Shown: positions 25,648 through 28,220 of the stretch, piece after piece
Layout: every line of letters begins with the position of its first letter
Position numbering within the stretch: the stretch's first letter is position 1
Virus record (IMG/VR): IMGVR_UViG_3300037631_006477
Span: 1 to 28,220 of that record
DNA: 28,220 nt
From: a virus
Lineage: Duplodnaviria; Caudoviricetes
Strand: one strand, 5' to 3'
Position numbers and translations under genes: made by a program
Notes under the pieces: model-generated
What the model saw: only the letters and a program-made list of their open reading frames with translations
Told to the model about the DNA's origin: nothing
Database searches by the model: none

Positions 25648-26507
25648 TAAAAGCTCACAGGTAAAAAAGGTTTATAAGTTTTTTTGTTTTGTTCTTCTTC
25701 TACTTTTTCTATATGATAATTTTTAACAAACTTATAAAAGTTATTTGTTACGTCGTCATAAACTACAAAGTTTTCTTTTAAATTTGTTTTTTCTTGTATG
25801 AATAACGTAAATAGCAAATTAATATGATTTACCATAAATTCGTTTTCCACTTTTTTAAACAAGTTATAACTAATTTCACTTTTATTTATTATCTTATCAT
25901 ATAGCTTAAAAGAATTATAAACACATTTTTTGTTTTTATAAACTATTTTTTTATTTTTTTCTATTTTTTTATTTGAAAAAAATGTTTCTAAACTTATTTT
26001 AGTGCTACCTTTTTCTGTTTTAATTTCTACAAATGTATTTTTTATTTTTATTACAAACTCATTATATAAACTTAAATAATTTCCATTTAATCTATATATT
26101 TCAGGCTCGTGTATTAAATTTGAACTTAAACATTTTTCTATATAGTCTATAGAAAAATCTATTGGATAAACTATTTTTTCTTTTAAAATATATAAACCTA
26201 AAAAATAATATTTTTTGTTTTCTACACCGAACAATAATCTCTTATTTGTATTCTTAAACGAAGTATTAAAATCACTTAAATTTAGTTTTTTTAAAAATAT
26301 GTTGACTTCTTCAATATTATCTACATTTTTATAATTTTCAATATCTAAAACAAATTTTTCTTTAAAAATTTTTGCAAAAAAAATAGAATGATATAATTTA
26401 TAAAAGTTTTTTGAACAACAAATTTGAATTATTCTTTTTAACGAAGATAAAAAAATTGTATTGTTAATTATTTTATCTTCTCGTATCAAGTGTTTTCTAT
26501 TAATCAT
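25647..26507 (-). CDS. Hypothetical protein
   Basis: 286-aa ORF. Confidence 0.65.
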   Translation of the reverse strand: MINRKHLIREDKIINNTIFLSSLKRIIQICCSKNFYKLYHSIFFAKIFKEKFVLDIENYKNVDNIEEVNIFLKKLNLSDFNTSFKNTNKRLLFGVENKKYYFLGLYILKEKIVYPIDFSIDYIEKCLSSNLIHEPEIYRLNGNYLSLYNEFVIKIKNTFVEIKTEKGSTKISLETFFSNKKIEKNKKIVYKNKKCVYNSFKLYDKIINKSEISYNLFKKVENEFMVNHINLLFTLFIQEKTNLKENFVVYDDVTNNFYKFVKNYHIEKVEEEQNKKTYKPFLPVSF

Positions 26508-26531
26508 TAGTAGTCTTGATATAAATTATTT

Positions 26532-27185
26532 TTACCTATTTTCTATTAAAAAATTATATATTGCTGTTTTGTCTTGAGCGCTTTCTGTTTTTATTGGAAC
26601 TATATCAATATTTTCTTTTTCTTTAGAGACTTTTTCCTTAGAATCACTATCTTCTTTTTTGTTTTGTTTATTTGCAGAAGAAATATTTATCCCGAAGTCT
26701 TTTAATAACTTTGTATCTTTTGCATGTGATTCAGGCGTTGCAACTCTTGTCAAAGCTTTAATAAAAATATATAGTGCTTTTTTTTCATTATCGTTTAGTC
26801 TTTCAAAAAATTTCTTTAAATCTTCTTTTACATCTGGGTCTGATAGCGAATGAGAAGATCTAAAATAATTTAAAGCTTTTACTAGACTATTAAATTTTAA
26901 AGCGTCTTGAATATTTTTAATCTCAGTTTTTTCTTTAAATTTCTTTTCTTCCTCACCATAATCTTCATCAAATTCAGAATCTTCTAAATCTTCTTCTTCT
27001 TCTACACTCTTATCTTCTTTATCTTTGTCACTTATTTTTTCTTTTTTAGATTTTCCTTCAGGCGCTCTTACACCTCTATCTTCTATTTTATCTGAAAATA
27101 TTTTATTTAAATCGCTATCGTTTTTTAGTATGTCTTCATTTTTTAAAAGATTATCCAGTTCAGTAAAAATATCAAATCTATCCAT
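26532..27185 (-). CDS. Hypothetical highly charged protein (possible scaffold/core-like)
   Basis: GGAG RBS; acidic tract; LNYFRSSHSL core. Confidence 0.7.
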   Translation of the reverse strand: MDRFDIFTELDNLLKNEDILKNDSDLNKIFSDKIEDRGVRAPEGKSKKEKISDKDKEDKSVEEEEDLEDSEFDEDYGEEEKKFKEKTEIKNIQDALKFNSLVKALNYFRSSHSLSDPDVKEDLKKFFERLNDNEKKALYIFIKALTRVATPESHAKDTKLLKDFGINISSANKQNKKEDSDSKEKVSKEKENIDIVPIKTESAQDKTAIYNFLIENR

Positions 27186-27360
27186 TGTTTTTCTCCCATA
27201 CTATTCTATTTTGCCATCTTTCGTGATATCTCTTAGCTCTTAATCTTCTTGCTTCGTCTAAGTCTACGTTTCTTTGAGTATTATTTTCTGAAGATCTTTC
27301 TTCTAATCTTTTGTTTCTAGACTCTATATCTTGAACAAACTTGCTAAAATCAAACTCCAT
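27178..27360 (-). CDS. Hypothetical protein
   Basis: AAGGA RBS; overlaps neighbours in operon fashion. Confidence 0.65.
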   Translation of the reverse strand: MEFDFSKFVQDIESRNKRLEERSSENNTQRNVDLDEARRLRAKRYHERWQNRIVWEKNNG

Positions 27361-27724
27361 TTTTATTATCCTTTTCTTTTAATATAATAGTAATTATATA
27401 ATTAAATCCTACTTTTTCTTTTTTAACTTTGTACTCTAAATTATGATCGTTAATGTTATACTCTGATTTTAAAGCATAAATTAAAAATAATTCATCTAGT
27501 TTAATGCCTGATAAAACTTCTGGATTAAATAATAATGTTAATTTAATTTTTGATAAAGATTTAACTAGCTTTAAAATAGGAACTTTTATATAAACACCAT
27601 TTTTAAAGATTAGTTTGGTTAATATAAAATTTCTTTCTTTGTACTCGTTGTCTTCGAAAACAGTATTTTCTAATTCTTGACTAACATAAATATTTTTATT
27701 AGCTTCTTCTATTTCTTTGTTCAC
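27350..27724 (-). CDS. Hypothetical protein (GTG start)
   Basis: ORF fills gap in operon. Confidence 0.6.
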   Translation of the reverse strand: MNKEIEEANKNIYVSQELENTVFEDNEYKERNFILTKLIFKNGVYIKVPILKLVKSLSKIKLTLLFNPEVLSGIKLDELFLIYALKSEYNINDHNLEYKVKKEKVGFNYIITIILKEKDNKNGV

Positions 27725-27728
27725 TTAA

Positions 27729-28118
27729 CTACTCTTTTTTCGCGAAATAAAAAGAAACATCTTTTTTTATTTTTTTAATATCTTTAATACAGTCAAATTC
27801 TAACTCTGATAAACTTGGAGATAAAGAGTATATTGAAATTCTAACATTATTTTTTCTAACTAAAATTTCAATGTCACAAGACGAGTCTCTTATATATTTT
27901 AATACTTCAACTACAAATGCTTCTTTTTGTTTTCTGGTTTTAAGCTCGTATAAATTTGAAGCTTTACTCTTTGTTATTTCCCATTTAGAATTAGAAATGC
28001 TAACAGGCATATCGTTTTCAAAATCGTTTTTTAAAACAGGAAATAAATTCTTAGATTCGTTTAAATTATTGTTTGTATTTTCATTAAAATAATTACTCAT
28101 TACATTTTGTAACATCAT
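27729..28118 (-). CDS. Hypothetical protein, possible degenerate pterin-4a-carbinolamine dehydratase fold
   Basis: WE...FVVEV...I...V.I...LSELEF pattern without catalytic His; LNE|S leader. Confidence 0.55.
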   Translation of the reverse strand: MMLQNVMSNYFNENTNNNLNESKNLFPVLKNDFENDMPVSISNSKWEITKSKASNLYELKTRKQKEAFVVEVLKYIRDSSCDIEILVRKNNVRISIYSLSPSLSELEFDCIKDIKKIKKDVSFYFAKKE

Positions 28119-28129
28119 TTTGTATACCT

Positions 28130-28219
28130 TTATTTTTGGATAGGAATTAAATCAACTGTATCAACAGTAATGCTTTCTTCAGAGTCAGGCAAGAAAATAT
28201 CACACTTTTCAAGATTATC
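28130..28219 (-). CDS. 3' end of a hypothetical protein entering from outside the window (...DSEESITVDTVDLIPIQK)
   Basis: Open frame ending in TAA just before the next RBS. Confidence 0.5.
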   Translation of the reverse strand, partial: DNLEKCDIFLPDSEESITVDTVDLIPIQK

Positions 28220-28220
28220 T

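Noticed and set aside
425-28092. Plus-strand ORFs antisense to real genes (425, 1695, 2275, 17452, 21032, 22310, 23735, 24643, 26659, 27025, 27871) and minus ORF 12975-13193
   Set aside because: Shadow frames of codon-biased genes; no motifs, and essentially contained within better-supported CDSs.
1-28220. Stop-codon reassignment (TAG or TGA)
   Set aside because: Conserved genes are full length in code 11. TAG and TGA end genes right next to the following starts, and the two broken genes are frameshifts, not in-frame stops.
1-28220. Cellular (bacterial or organellar) origin
   Set aside because: Scattered, divergent housekeeping homologs among many short orphans, groEL without groES, a standalone 5' nuclease and CTS-like leaders favour a large phage. 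No capsid or terminase gene is in this window, so the assignment remains an inference.

Overview
This is a very AT-rich, gene-dense, mostly minus-strand window that reads as part of a large (jumbo-type) bacteriophage genome using the standard genetic code. It carries a MoxR AAA+ ATPase / metallopeptidase-VWA pair, a minimal RadA-like ATPase, an SLT-like muramidase, a purine cassette (GuaB/GuaC-family oxidoreductase, purA, purB), UvsE, GroEL and a 5'-3' exonuclease. A plus-strand island encodes proteins with T4-like capsid-targeting/protease-cleavage leaders fused to very basic cargos. Five observations stand out. (1) A sigma70-family factor stops just before region 4.2, and the next gene encodes a region-4.2-like HTH, suggesting a split sigma. 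(2) A recurring non-canonical promoter, GTGTA(A/T)-N17-18-TAnnnT, occurs at eight minus-strand sites. (3) An aerolysin/ETX-like lipoprotein has an apparently in-register ~250-residue beta-hairpin, and its signal peptide is out of frame at a T10 tract. (4) The purine genes probably form a GMP->IMP->AMP conversion route. (5) Basic virion proteins appear to be built as leader+cargo modules. No tRNA, rRNA, CRISPR array or mobile element was recognised. All family calls come from motif recognition by eye, not database searches.
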